A stretch of 64,000 bases of DNA from Azolla caroliniana (Eukaryota; Plantae; Polypodiophyta). The stretch spans positions 7,130,001 to 7,194,000 of the forward strand of contig JBHGNT010000011.1 in assembly GCA_043228905.1 (NCBI GenBank), given 5' to 3'. Below the pieces are notes generated by a model. That model had not been told where the DNA came from. It did no database searches and saw only the letters and a program-made list of their open reading frames with translations. The translations under genes were made by a program, and so were the position numbers. Shown one piece after another: positions 1-13,000 of the stretch; the first letter of the stretch is position 1; every line of letters begins with the position of its first letter.

Positions 1-30
<30 letters not shown>
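1..30. repeat. (TC)n microsatellite, probably within an LTR
   Basis: 15 perfect TC units at the window start. Confidence 0.95.
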
Positions 31-33
<3 letters not shown>

Positions 34-120
34 CTATTCTTGCCTTCATCTTGTGTGCTCGGTGATCTTCATCACAAAGTGTTGTTGATGTTTCCGCACT
101 AACGGTCTTAGACGCCAACA
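1..120 (+). mobile_element. 3' end of an LTR of an element inserted into the 5' LTR of copia A (rest outside window)
   Basis: Ends ...GACGCCAACA at 120, exactly where similarity to the A 3' LTR (about 32964 onward, CACATGAGATG) begins; TTCCGCACTAA resembles the TTCCGCGCTAA near the ends of the H and I LTRs. Confidence 0.6.
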
Positions 121-370
121 CACATAAGATGTATATATACCTCATTGTGGGTATCTTTGTTCTTTGATGCTTATTAATATAGAGAAAGTTCTTTAGCTAC
201 ACTCTTGTTAATCATCCCCCATTTATCTTATTGTTCGTAAATGTATCTTCCTCGCTCTCTTCCTCTCACACACATATCACATAATCTTCCGTTGCTTAAT
301 CACTGATGTGATTAACTACTCACATAATTAGTTACTAATTGACCCTTAGTTAATTACCTAATTATTAACA
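121..370 (+). repeat. 5' LTR of copia A (3' portion only)
   Basis: Ends ATTATTAACA, directly followed by the PBS; homologous to the 3' half of 32749-33210. Confidence 0.9.
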
Positions 371-380
371 TGGTATCAGA
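371..380 (+). promoter_or_regulatory. Primer-binding site for tRNA-iMet (copia A)
   Basis: TGGTATCAGA immediately after the LTR end. Confidence 0.9.
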
Positions 381-538
381 ATGTGTGGTTTAGTATATCC
401 ACTAAGCCCACCTAATTCATAGTGAGTGAGTGTTCGATACACCGACGACAAATCCGACCACCGTTACTGTAGTACCACCACGTAGCACGAGTACGTGATT
501 GAAGGAAGAAAAAACAAAAAGGAAGACACTACATCAAC

Positions 539-934
539 ATGAACATACAAATGGGTAGCTCGCTCCTTAGTGAAAAGCTAGACTGGAGCAATTTCTCATC
601 TTGTGAGTACAAAATGAACCAATACCTAGTTGGCCAAGGGTATTGGAGCTACATCAACAATGCACTCGAAAACAAACCCGACATCACAAATGCCAACTAC
701 CCAACATGGGAGCAAGGAGCAAGTCGGGTAATGTATTGCTTGGCAACATGTGTCCACGATCACATGCTTAGCCACATTCGAGACACGAAGACACCTAAAG
801 AAGCGTGGGAGAACTTGAAGAAAATCTTCGCCTCCATTACGATTGTCCGCAAGCTTCAACTCCGGCAAGAGTTAAACAACATTCAACAAAAAGATATACA
901 TGTTCGTGTCGGACTGCACCATCAAGATCAAGAG
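539..934 (+). pseudogene. Copia A gag, N-terminal part
   Basis: EKLDWSNFSSCEYKM...KTPKEAWENLKKIF...RKLQLRQELNNIQQ is UBN2-type copia gag; interrupted by B at 935. Confidence 0.88.
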
Positions 935-1394
935 TGTAAAGAATCGGATATGATTCCTATGTAGCGGAAGAGATGTGTGTTATGTGTGTATGTGTGAGAG
1001 AAAATAGATGTGAGAAGAGAAAACACAAGGTAGATTACATAGAATGGAAATAGAATACTCAAGAAGAAGAAGTTGTATATTCACGAGAATATGAAATACA
1101 AAAATATAGGATTACAAGGAGTCACAACCAACTACATATGAAGTAGGAGGAGGGTGCTTTATATAGTCACCCTCTCTCTTGATTAACTAACTACAACAAC
1201 CACTCTCTTGGGGAATGTGGAGACCCATTAGTCATGGGGAATATGAAACTCATTAGTTATGTGTCATAGAATATGATTCTATGACACATAGTTAATGTGT
1301 AGAGAGTAGTGGTGTGACTCTTGACCTTTGAGTAATCATAGATTCTCAAAAGGTGTGTTCACACGTTGCACTATGTTGAGATTGATTCTCAACA
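935..1394 (-). repeat. 3' LTR of copia B
   Basis: TGTAAAGAATC...GATTCTCAACA, followed by TGCCCCCTCAAG (reverse-complement PPT); 1286-1394 matches 22142-22174 plus 24533-24613. Confidence 0.92.
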
Positions 1395-1529
1395 TGCCCC
1401 CTCAAGCTCAACTCAGGTCGACTCCTTTCAATTGATGTCCACTTTAGTTGGTATCCGGTTTGGAAGATCTTTGGTGTCCGTTGCGGCTCGTACTCGGTTC
1501 GGACGGTATCCGGTTCTCACTTGTACTCC

Positions 1530-4500
1530 CCCTCAAGCTTGGAAAGTCAGGGATCGTAATCCAAGGTATGACATGAATTGCCGAAGCTTGTCAACTCCTA
1601 GGGCCTTGGTGAAGATGTTGGTTCTCTAAAGATTCGTGTTGATGTGTAGAAGATCGACATCTCCAGCTTGAACACACTCTCGAATGAAGTGGTAGTGCAC
1701 TTAGATATGCTTTGTGCGTGCGTGGAACACCGGGTTCCAAGCCAGATAAATACTACTCATGTTGTCGTAGTAATGGGGAATCAGATCCTTGATGGGAACG
1801 CCCAGATCCTTCAAAATCCTCTTGAGCCATACAGCTTCACATGCAGCTACCGCTGCGCCCCTGTATTCGGCCTCCATACTCGAAAGAGCAATAGTAGGCT
1901 ACTTCTTACTACTCCAGCATATTCCTCCGCTACCGAGTGAGAAGACAAATCCAGAGGCTGATCGTCGATTGGCTTTGTAGCCGGCCTAGTTGGCATCCGT
2001 GTACCCTTCGAATCAAATTGGTGTGGCCGATGCGTAGAGAATGTCATAATCCATTGTGCCGCTCATGTATCGTAATACTCGCTAAGCGCAATCGAAATGA
2101 ATATCTCACAGAGTTTTCATGAATTGGTTAAGGAGGATGACCGGATAGTTCAAGTTGTGTCGAGTGATCGTGAGATAGATGAGGCTCCCAATCAGTTGAC
2201 GATATTGAGTCGGCGCGCACTCGTCTGTGTCGGAGTCAGCATCTAGTTTGAGGTTTCGATCGAGAGGGGTTTCCACTGATTTACACTCAGTCATCCCAAA
2301 CTTGTATAACAAGTTGAGGATGTAGTGTCGTTGAGAGATCATAATGTCGGTCGGAATACGAATTACTTCGATGCCTAGGAAATAATGAAGCTCCTTCATG
2401 TCCGTCATCTCAAATTTGTTGGAGAGGGATTTCACCTTGTTGATGTCGACCAAATGCTCACCTCCAATAACCAGATCATCCACGTATAGGATGATGACAA
2501 TCAGGCTTCTAGAGTCGTTTCATACATAGAGGGAGTTGTCGGATTTCGACATTCGAAAGCCGATTTGATGAAGATATTGCATAATCTTCTAATGCCAAGC
2601 ACGCAGTGCTTGCTTAAGGCCGTAGAGAGGCTTCTTGAGTTGGCATACGGTGTTCGGATGAATGTTGGATTCGAAGCCAGGTAGTTGTACCATGTACACC
2701 TCCTCTTCTAATTCGCCTTGAAGAAAGGCGTTCTTTACGTCCATCTGATGGAGGTGCCACCTTTTCGCCGTTGCGAGTGCAATTACAATCCGCACAGTCG
2801 TCATCTTTGCCACCAAGGAAAATGTCTCTTCATAGTCAACTCCATGTGTTTGTGCGTATCCTTTCGCTACGAGTCGAGCTTTGTAGCGGTTTACGGAGCC
2901 GTCGGCGTTATACTTCATGTTGTAAATCCATCGGCAATCGATCGCCTTCTTGTGCGATGAGTGGGGGAAAAGATCCCATGTCTTGTTTTTGGAGAGTACT
3001 TGCATCTCCTCATTCATCGCTTCAACCCATCTGAGGTCCTACACGACTTCGGAAACATTTCCAGCACCGTACTGTTTTTACCTTCATCATAAAGGCGTAA
3101 TGGTACGCCATATACTCATCGTAGCCGAATCGGCTTACCGGGTTCTTTTCTCAGGTGGATCGGCGGGGCTTCTCGTTGGCGGATACTAAGGCTTTCTTCG
3201 CTCCATTTTTCCGGATGTCAAGGCCTTCGAACTCACTACTGAGGGAGTGAGTCGATTCGCTTTCGTCGAAGTGATCGTCTTTATACTCCGGCATTTTCGC
3301 CTTCCCCTTGTCCAGCTTCGGACTCGGCAAAGATTTTCTTTAATCGCTTGGAGGCTGTTGCGGCCCACTAAGCCTTGTCATAATCATGCTTGCTTCGAAC
3401 ATGCGCATGAGTCGATCTTCGGCTTCTATCTCTATTTCAGCGTATTCTGGGTCGAGTAGAATCGGAGTCAAATTGCCTCTAGTGCATACCAGGATGCGGA
3501 CTTATCGAAAACGACGTCTCAACTGACTCAAGCTTTTCAAGTCAAGGGGTTATAGCACTTGTACCCCTTTTGCTCTAGTGAGTATCCTAAGAGGATACAT
3601 TTCTCCGACTTCGGGTCGAGCTTTTGTCGTTTCTCTTCGGGGATCTTCACGTATGCAATGGAGCTGAATATCCAAACATGTGATAGATCCAACTTCTTCC
3701 CGAAAAACTTCTCATGCGGAGTAAGTTCGTGCACACCCGATGTCGTACACCGATTCATGAGGTATACATCCGTGTTAGCCACTTTTGCCCAATACGATTT
3801 CGGTAGATTCTTTTTGTTCATCATTGTCCGTGCAACTTCGAGTATGTGCCGATTCTTTCGTTCATCTACTCCGTTCTGTTGTGGCGTATGTCAACACGAA
3901 AACTCTCCCTGAATTCCTTCTTTCCGTAGAAAAGCCAAACATTTGTCAAAGAAGTACTCCTTTCCTCCATCCGATTGAAGACATCATACATGCCGGCCTG
4001 TGGCTTTCTCGACTTCATTCTTAAATTTTTAGAAGTTTCCAAACACTTCGCTCTTTTGTCGCATGGGGTAGATCTAGGTGTGCTTGGAGAAGTCGTCGAT
4101 GAAGGGCACATAGTATCGACATCCGCCAAATGTGGTTGTTTGGGCCAGTCCCCATACATCGGAATGAATTACGTCGAGTATGCCTTTGCTTACATTCCTC
4201 TCCTTCGGAAATGAGTGCCGATGTTGCTTGCCAAATTGGCAGGCGACACACATGCCTTCAATCTTTTTCTCTTTGAATGTCAGGAGCCCGATGACGACTC
4301 CTTTCAATTGCATCGCCTTGAGCTTTTGAAGATTGATATGGCCAATCCGTTTATGCCTTTTGTAAAAATCGGCTTTCATGCCTTTTGTAAACATGGCCAA
4401 TTTCATCTCGTGTGAGTCGAGAATGAACATTCGGCCCTCTCTTCGTCCGCGCGCGATGAGTGGGTCCTTTTTTTCAATGAAGCAACTGCTTTTATTAAAT

Positions 4501-5524
4501 CGTACTTGCATCCCTTGCTCAACAATTTGGCCGACGGAGACCAAATTCTTCGTAATGGTTGGTACATGCAAGACATTCTTAAAAAAAGTTTGGTTACCTT
4601 CTTTGCCGAATGGGACATTGCCGATGTGTCGAATCGGATGCGTAGTGTCATCTCCGGTTTCAACATAGTTGGGTCAGTCCGGCTCTCAAAGTTCTCATAA
4701 CCATTCTTAATGAGACTTCATATGGTTCGAGGCACCAGAGACGACGAACCATACGTCTCCGGACTAGATGCGCTATTCGAAGTAGAAGCCGACATAGAAT
4801 TTGTTGTATGTCTCATCACGAACATTCTCCCATGATCGTCATAGTCAGACTTGGTGGCGTAATTGGTGAATTGTCGGCTTGTAGAAGCCGACTCGCGTAT
4901 CTTCTTACAGAACTCTTCTTCGTGGTGACCGATTTTTCCACAATATCCGCATTCGACCGAGTTTTGTCGGCTCGGACCGAAATGGAAGCTCCCCCTTCTT
5001 CTGAAGGTTCCTCAAGGCTTCCGTCTTGATGCCGAAATTGCGAGTTGTTTTCGTAAGTTGGGCCTCGTCCTTGGCCTAATTGGCCTCTTCTTGCACGGCC
5101 GCATCATCTTCCTCTATCCGAGTGTGAGTAAAGCATGTGGCCTTCCGAGGCATTGGTCCTTCTTCGAACATGGTTTTCTTCAACCAACAACATCGATTGA
5201 AGATCGAAGAAGGAGGTCGGATTCTCCCGTGCTAGTATGGCGGGTCCTCATCACGCCGAACCGTGGTGCAAGGTCACCGAGGCATATTTGCACCATCTCA
5301 TCATCATCCACATCGACGCTTATCGAGCCGAGCGAGTCACAAAGCTCCTTGATCTTCAAGGTGTAGCTCGTGATGGACATATCCCTTTGTTGGATGTTGT
5401 TCAACTCTTGACGGAGTTGAAGCTTTCTCGCGATTGTGTTGGCGGCGAAAATCTTTCGTAGATTCTCCTACGCATTGGCATCTCGGCTTCTCGAATGTAG
5501 CCGAGCATGTGGTCGTGAACACAT
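1530..5524 (-). pseudogene. Copia B gag-PR-INT-RT-RNaseH, fragmented by stops and frameshifts
   Basis: ORF pieces: gag TSYTLKIKELCDSL; INT HKRIGHIN...CQFGKQH...HSDVWG, LDPKSEKCILLGYS; [27 protein letters not shown]; gag cut at 5524 by D. Confidence 0.92.
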
Positions 5525-7630
5525 TGTTGGGAAATCGGTCCCTCTAGATGGGACCCGGTGATGAATGGAGAGGACCCGGTGAGAACCAGAAGAGATCCGG
5601 AAACCGGAGGAGACCCGGTGAGAATCGGAAGAGAGACATATTTGTAAATATGTCTTGAGCAAGCCTATTGAGACTATATTTGTAAATAGCCCTAATTTCA
5701 TATCAGTATAAACATGACGTAGGGCGATCACTTTATGTAGCTGGTGGTTAAAGATCTTTGGTTGCCGGTTCAATTCAGGGACAAGAGACCAGATAAGATC
5801 AATGCCTCGACATGGGAGGTGATGCACATGAAGACGACAGCATACATCCAGTGCTTCATCGACATGAGCCTGTACAACAACTTCAATGAAGAAAGTAAGG
5901 CTCATGAACTCTAGGAGAAGATCGGCATCATGTTCTAGAACAAGAATGTTGTTAATCGGGTTTCGATATTCCGGAAGCTAGTGAGGCTCCGGTACCAAGA
6001 CGGCTCCAGTATGGTGGAGCACGTGAATGCCTTCCAGGGGCACATGAAGCAACCTCGTTGGACGTACCTCTCGCCGATGAGGTACTCGCATTGCTCATGC
6101 TCGGTTACCTCCCAGATAGCTAGGAGACGTTAGTTGTCACGTTGGGCAATCCCGGGCCAGAAGGAAAACAGTTGTTTCTAGCAAGGGTAAAATCAAGCTT
6201 GCTAGATGAAGAAGCTCGTCGGAAGGATCGGGAGTCCGGAACCGATCCGAAGGCCTTGGTCACGGAAGATGACCAGAACTAGGGAAGAGGCCGGTATCGG
6301 AGTCCCCAAAACCGGGACAAATCGGGGACGGGGTCGAAGTCAAGGGGGAGGCCCACGTGCTTCTATTGTGGGAAGCCGGGACACTTCCAAAAGAACTACC
6401 GGAATTTCTGGAAGGAGAAAGAAACCGGCACTACCGATTCGAAGAAGAGTTCGGACCGAAACGGTTCGGACCGGAGAGGCCCGAATCGGAAGGGAATGTC
6501 GGCAATCGCGACAAGTGAAGAAGAACAGATGCTCCTTATTGAAGAGAATGAGGTAAACCTTGTCGGCGACGAGACAACGTAGGCTATCAATTCCGGAGCG
6601 TCGTTCCACCTGACACCGAATCAGAAATGCTTCTCATCCTACACAACCGGTGATCATGGTTGTGTTCGGATGGGGAATGAAGGTACATGCCGAATTGTCG
6701 GCATGGGAGATGTGTTGTTGACGACAGCAACCGGATGCAAGTTGTTGTTGAAGGATGTCTGACACGCTCCAGATGTTTGACTGAACCTGATATCAGCCGA
6801 TCAGTTAGATGATGAAGGCTACACGGGTAGCATCCGGAACGGAGTCATGAAGTTCTGCAAAGGGAGCCTAATAGTGGCTCGAGCCTAGAAGGTCAATACA
6901 CTGTACTTGATGAATGCTCGTATATGTCGGGAAGAAGTGAACGTAGCATCCCACACTGTTGGTAAGCTGTGGCACAAAAGATTGTCACATGAGTGAGAAG
7001 GGGATGAAGAGGCTTGTCGAAGAGAATCTTATTCCGGTGAAGGACGTGCAACTTGAGAAGTGCACCGATTGCCTGGCCGGCAAGCAAAACCGAACCTCCT
7101 TCCGGTCAAGACCACCAATGAGACAGAATGCACCACTGGAGCTGGTGCATACCGATGTGTGTCAAGTGGACACAAAGTCATATGCTGGATCGCAGTACTT
7201 CGTGACGTTCATAGATTACCACAGCCGGAAGATGTGGGTCTCACCACTGAACACAAAGGATCAGGTGTTATCCATCTTCAAGGAGCTCCACGCAAGAGTG
7301 GAAAGAGAAACCGGCCGGAAGCTGAAAGCGGTTCGAGCATATAACGGAGGAGAATACCGGGGGAAATTCGAGGAATATTCCCGATCGAAGGGAATCTGGC
7401 TCAAGTTTACTGTGTCAAAGACGCCGAAACTAAACGGGTTGGCCGAAAGGATGAACTGAACCATAATGGAGAGAGTCTGGAGCATGCTAGCACATGTAAA
7501 GTTACCCAAGACGTTTTGGGTTGAGGCGCTGACGAGGACGACCTATGTGATAAATAGATCACCCTCAACACCCTTGGAAGGAGATTGACCTCAGAAAGTA
7601 TGGACCGGATTTAAAGATGTATCTTACCGG

Positions 7631-8293
7631 TGTCGTGATGTGGCATGTCTAGTGCGAGAAAAACTCAAAAATTGAGGATCCACACACATTTCACGAATAC
7701 TTGTAAAAATGAAAATAAATAAACCTAGGTCACAATGGCATTGAGTGCATGTAGAGGGTTGCAAGTAGGATTTGAACCTTGCACCTCTAAGGTAAGAGGC
7801 AATTACCTTACCACTAAAGCTACTACTAAGTGTTGTAGATGTTCTATATTTCTTTCTCATATTCAGTATTCCGTAGGAAACAAACGAACAAAACCGTGTA
7901 CACAAAACCACGGTTTTAAGCCCATGGTTTCCTGCATGTCACAAAGCAAAACGGTGTGCACAAAAACCATGGCTCCAAGCCCATGGTTTTGTGCATGGAC
8001 AAACCTATAAAACCCCTAGTACGACTTGTGTAAGGGGGGCCTCAATATGATATGACCATCATCATCACCATCAATAATATAAGCTTCTATTTCTTCTTCT
8101 TTGCATCTATCTTGTAATTATTTATCTACTTCTCAAAGTGTACAATCTTCAATCTTCTCAAGTGTAATAGGTCTTCCTCCAATCTTACATTCACATCGTC
8201 CTCTTCTCAATACCTTGACGGACATCCTCCTTGGTCCAAGACCCCGGTGGTCCCGCTCAAGCGAAGCACGCTCGCACGCGCATCTTCGCGACA
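7631..8293 (+). mobile_element. Solo LTR (663 bp) inserted in the D integrase
   Basis: Inverted termini TGTCGTGA...TCGCGACA; 4-bp TSD CCGG at 7627-7630 and 8294-8297; removal restores D reading VSYRHLKVF; TATA-like CTATAAAA at about 8005. Confidence 0.88.
7758..7828 (-). other. Degenerate tRNA-like module (Pol III A box plus B box) inside the solo LTR
   Basis: Minus strand TAGCTTTAGTGGTAAGG...AGGT...GGTTCAAATCC with T8-to-G53 spacing as in a canonical tRNA; stems only partly paired. Confidence 0.55.
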
Positions 8294-10074
8294 CCGGCAT
8301 CTGAAGGTGTTCAGGTGTCTCGCATATGTGCATGTTGCAAAGGACAAGAGAGCAAAGTTGGATCCGAAGTCCAAGCCATGCATATTCCTTGGATACGGAG
8401 ATGATGAGTTCGGTTACTGGGTGTGGGATGTGGTCGACAAAAAGGTGTTCCGATGTTCCAGAGTCGGAACAAACAAAGGAACCGGCTGTCAGAAACCAAG
8501 GACGGAGATATCCCCTCCGAGAGAGAAGAGCCACTCGGAGATTTCCGGATGCAGAGCATGTGTTGCTAACCGATGAGGGGGAACCGGAAATTCGAAGAAG
8601 CAAAGAGAGACACCCACATCCGCAAGTGGTTGAGTGCCATGTAGGATGAGATGGATTCCTTGCATGAGAACCTCATATATGAACTGATGGAGTTGCCAAA
8701 AGGAAGAGAGCACTCCAGAACAAGTGGGTGTACAAGTTGAAACCGGGAGATGTCAGTATAAGGCCTGAATCGTGGTGAAGGGCTTCCAACAAAAGAAAGG
8801 AGTGGTCTTCGATGAGATCTTTGCCCCGGTAGTAAAGATGACTTCCATCCGAACGGTATTGGGCGTAACGGCAAGCATGGACCTCGAGGTAGAGAAACAG
8901 GACGTCAAGACGGCATTCCTACATGGCGACCTCCAAGAAGAGATCTACATGCATCAACCGGAAGGATTTGAGAGGAAAGGGAAGGAGCACCTGGTGTGCC
9001 GGCTACAGAAGAGCCTATACGGATTGAAGCAAGCTCCCCGGCAATGGTACCGGAAGTTCGACTCCTTCATGACCGACCAAGGGTACCACAAGACGCAGGC
9101 CGATCACTGCGTGTTTGTGAAGAAATTTGATGAAGAAAATTTCCTGATACTCCTCTTTGTGGATGACATGTTGATCGTCAGACGAGACGAAGGCAAGATT
9201 CGGATGTTGAAGACGGCCCTGAACCGGACCTTCTCAATGAAAGACTTGGGGCCGGCAAGACAGATATTGGGAATGCACATCGTCCGGGACCGGTCGAAGA
9301 ATTTGTTGTGGTTGTCACAGGAGAAGTACGTGACAAAGGTGCTTCAACGGTTCAACATGCCGGATGTGAAACCGGTCGGATCGACACTTCCGGCAAACTG
9401 CAAGCTGTCCGGAAAACAAATTCCAAGGACAAAGGCGGAGAAGAAGGATATGATGAAGATACCATATACCTCTACCGTCGGAAGCTTGATGTACGTGATG
9501 GTATGTACCCGACCGGATATCGGATATTCAATCGGAGTAGTGAGCCAGTTCATGAGCAATCTCTGAAGAGAGCACTAGAACGCGGTGTCGTGGTGTTAAG
9601 AGTCTATTACTAATCAATAGACCAAATCAAGTAAAAAGGAAGAAAATAGATTGGATAGAAGAACCCGTTCCACCCGACCACCCCCGAGCTATGATCTAGA
9701 CATAGCCAACCTACCACCGACGTCCCATACCGCCGGATATTAGGATGACTAATACCTTGGAAGAGATAAACACGATCGTCGAGACGAAAGCCTAGCCCGC
9801 ACCACCGGTGTCTACGACAGCAGCCTTCCGACGTGATGATTCCTATGAGGGTAGCTAAGCCTCATATTTATACCTTTTCCTAGGCCCCTTGAATAGATGT
9901 GCCTTTCTAAAAGGCTCTCTATTCATTGGTTGTCTAAATCATGATAGTGCATGCACATATCATTCATTCTATCCAATCATTAGTCCCCTTTTTAATAATA
10001 GTGAACATACCCTTCACTAATGTAAATATTAGTGACCTACCCTCACCAACGTTATGTGTACATAACATACTCCC

Positions 10075-13000
10075 CTACTTCAAAAGATTGCACTCTTGCA
10101 ATATAAAGTGAGGAAATTGTGCCTTAAGTGAATGCTCGCGTTCCCATGTGGCATCATCAATAGGTTTATCCATCCATTTGATCTTGAATAGCCGAATCTC
10201 TTTAGAACGTAAACGTTTAGTACGAGAATCAAGAATTCGTTCAGGGACATGAGGTTTGTAAGAAAAATCCTCTAATGTTACAAGATCTTGGATTGTGATG
10301 GTGTTATCACCAGAGCCTAAAAATGGTTTTAGACGACTGACGTGAAAAACAGGGATGAATACCAACGTTACGAGGTAAGGCAAGGTGATAAGCAGATGAC
10401 CCAACTCGCTTAAGGATTTCAAATGGGCCACAATATCGTGGGGCTAACTTAGCGCACTTGCCCGTAGATAATGACGTAGAATCAGTCGGGACACGCAAAA
10501 AAACTTTTTGACCAATAGTAAATGCACGAGGACGAGCACGATCTTGAGCTGTCTTGACATTTTCTTTGGCAATATGCAACATTTGGTTCATGTCTTGCAA
10601 AAAATTGCGTGTACTATCTAATGTATCATGATGAATCGTGACATCAACTGGGGCACGTGGCTGAAAACCATACATCAACATAAAAGGACTATATCCAGTG
10701 GATGTATGTTTAGAGCTATTATAGGCAAATTCTAAGATAGGAAGGTATTGCTCCCACTTAGAAGGGGTTTTTGCTACATAAGCTCGAAGCATGTCCTCAA
10801 TAATTTGATTAACTCGTTCAGTTTGTCCATCAGACTGAGGATGATCTGCGGAACTCATGCTCAACGTAGTTTCTAGTTTCTTAAAGACCTGAGTCCAAAA
10901 GTCACTAGTAAACTTGGAATCTCGATCACTAACAATATCCATCGGTAATCCATAAAAACGAAATAACTCATCAACAAATTGATAAGCCAACAGTTGAGCG
11001 GTTACCGTGGTTTTTGTAGGAATAAATCTAGCTAATTTTGTTAGCCTGTCAACGACAACCCATATGGCATCATGACCCCTCTGTGTACGAGGTAAACTAA
11101 CAATAAAATCCATCGAGATACTTTCCCATTTATTGTTGGGAATATCTAAGGGATGTAAAAGACCAGCAGCTTTAAGTCGTTCCGACTTATTAATCTAACA
11201 TTGTAAGCATTGAGTTACGTATTTATGCACGTCAGAGCGCATCTTAGGCCAGAAAAAAGTACACGAGATGAGAACGAGTGTGCGTTGTATTCCAGGATGA
11301 CCAGCAGATGGTGCATCATGACATTCATGAAAAAATTTCTGTTTAACATTTGGTAAATCTGGAACACAGACCTTTCCACTACGGTAGAGCAAACCGTTTG
11401 TAATGTGAAAGGTCGCCTTCGAGGGTAGGGTGCTAGTATCGGCATCTAAACCAGATTCGGCTTTCGTCCAGTATTTTGAGAAATAACTGTCATCAAGGTA
11501 TTTCCCTCGAAGGTGATCTAAAAGATCAGATTTTATTTCCGTGAAGCTAAGCATGTTAACTTCTTTAATGCGACTAAGAGCATCAGCAACGGTGTTCATA
11601 GAACCCTTGCGATATCGTATGGAAAAATCAAAATCTTGCATAAGGTCAGCCCAACGGCCTTTACGACCAACAAGATCGGGCTGGTCACAAAAATACTTTA
11701 ATGATTGATGGTCTGTTGTAACCACAAATTTATTTCCATAGAGATAGTGCCTCCATGTTTTAAGTGCGTGTATCACCGCAAACAACTCTTTCTCTTGAAC
11801 CGAATACCGAGATTGAGCAGCATCAAGCTTCTTACTTTCAAAAGCAATCGGGTGACCACCTTGATAAAGAACGGCACCAATAGCATAATCACTAGCATCG
11901 GTTTCAATTGAGAAAGGCTTAGAAGGGTCTGGTAATAGAAGAGTGGGAGCCTGACACACATGCTCCTTGAGTGTCTCAAATGATTTGTCAAGTTGTTCAT
12001 TCCATGAAATTGGTTTGACAGACTTACGTGGATGACCTTTTAAAAGGTCAGTTAATGGCGTAGTCAATTTGGAATAGTTACGAATTGATTTTCGTAAAAA
12101 TCCAACAAACCCTAAGAATGATCTAAGTTCACGAATATTACAAGGAATGGGCCAAAGTTTAACCTTTTCAATACGAGAAGGTTCAATTTCAACGCCATTT
12201 TCTGTAATTAAATGACCTAGGTACACAATAGATTTTTGGAAGAAGTCACATTTTGAATGTTTTGCATAGAAAGAGTTGTCACGCAACTTTCGCAAAACAA
12301 ATCGAACATGTTGAACATGATCTTGCAAGGTACGGCTATATATCAAAATATCATCCAAGAAGACGACAACAAAATCACCGAGTTGATCTCGGAAAACATC
12401 ATTCATCGCTTGTTGGAATGTGGCTGGAGCATTAGTCAACCCAAATGGCATGACTAAAAACTCATAATGGCCATAGCGCGTACGAAAAGCGGTTTTAGGA
12501 ATATCATCCTCGGCGATGCGAATCTGATGATAACCAGTTCGTAAGTCAATTTTCGTAAAATATCGAGCCCCGTGCAAACGATCAATCAAATCATCGGCAC
12601 GAGGTAATGGATATGCATTCTTAATTGTCATTTTATTCAAACGGCGATAATTGATACACATTCGCCACGAACCTTCCTTCTTCTTAACTAATAGAACTGG
12701 CGCACCCCAAGGTGATTTACTATACCTAATGTGGCCCATACTCAAGTATTCCTTAAGTTGTTTAGCGATCTCATCCTCTTCTAATCGACTAAGTCGGTAA
12801 GGTGGAATGCTCACAGGAGCAGCCCCAGGGATGAGTTCAATTTGATGGTCCACATTACGTTTAGGTGGTAAAGTAAGCGGTAATTCAGTAGGAAATACAT
12901 CTTGAAAATCCTCTAAAATAGAGTCGAGTAATCGTTGCTCAAAATGTGGTAATTGTGTGGCGTCAATATTAAAATAATAAAATTGAACCGCAGGATCAAT

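Larger units (their letters stand above)
5525..9585 (+). mobile_element. Ty1/copia element D (Tnt1/Tork-like, same family as H and I), internally deleted and 3'-truncated
   Basis: LTR start TGTTGGGAAATCGGTCCCTC matches the reverse complement of the H LTR; LTR fused to gag LVVKDLW at about 5740; INT 6959-7459 (ELVHTDVC); RT 8772-9566 (DVKTAFLHGDL); ends at EH*NA where E begins. Confidence 0.88.

Noticed and set aside
7758-7828. Functional tRNA gene
   Set aside because: Acceptor and anticodon stems do not pair; kept only as a tRNA-like module (same for 27258-27323)
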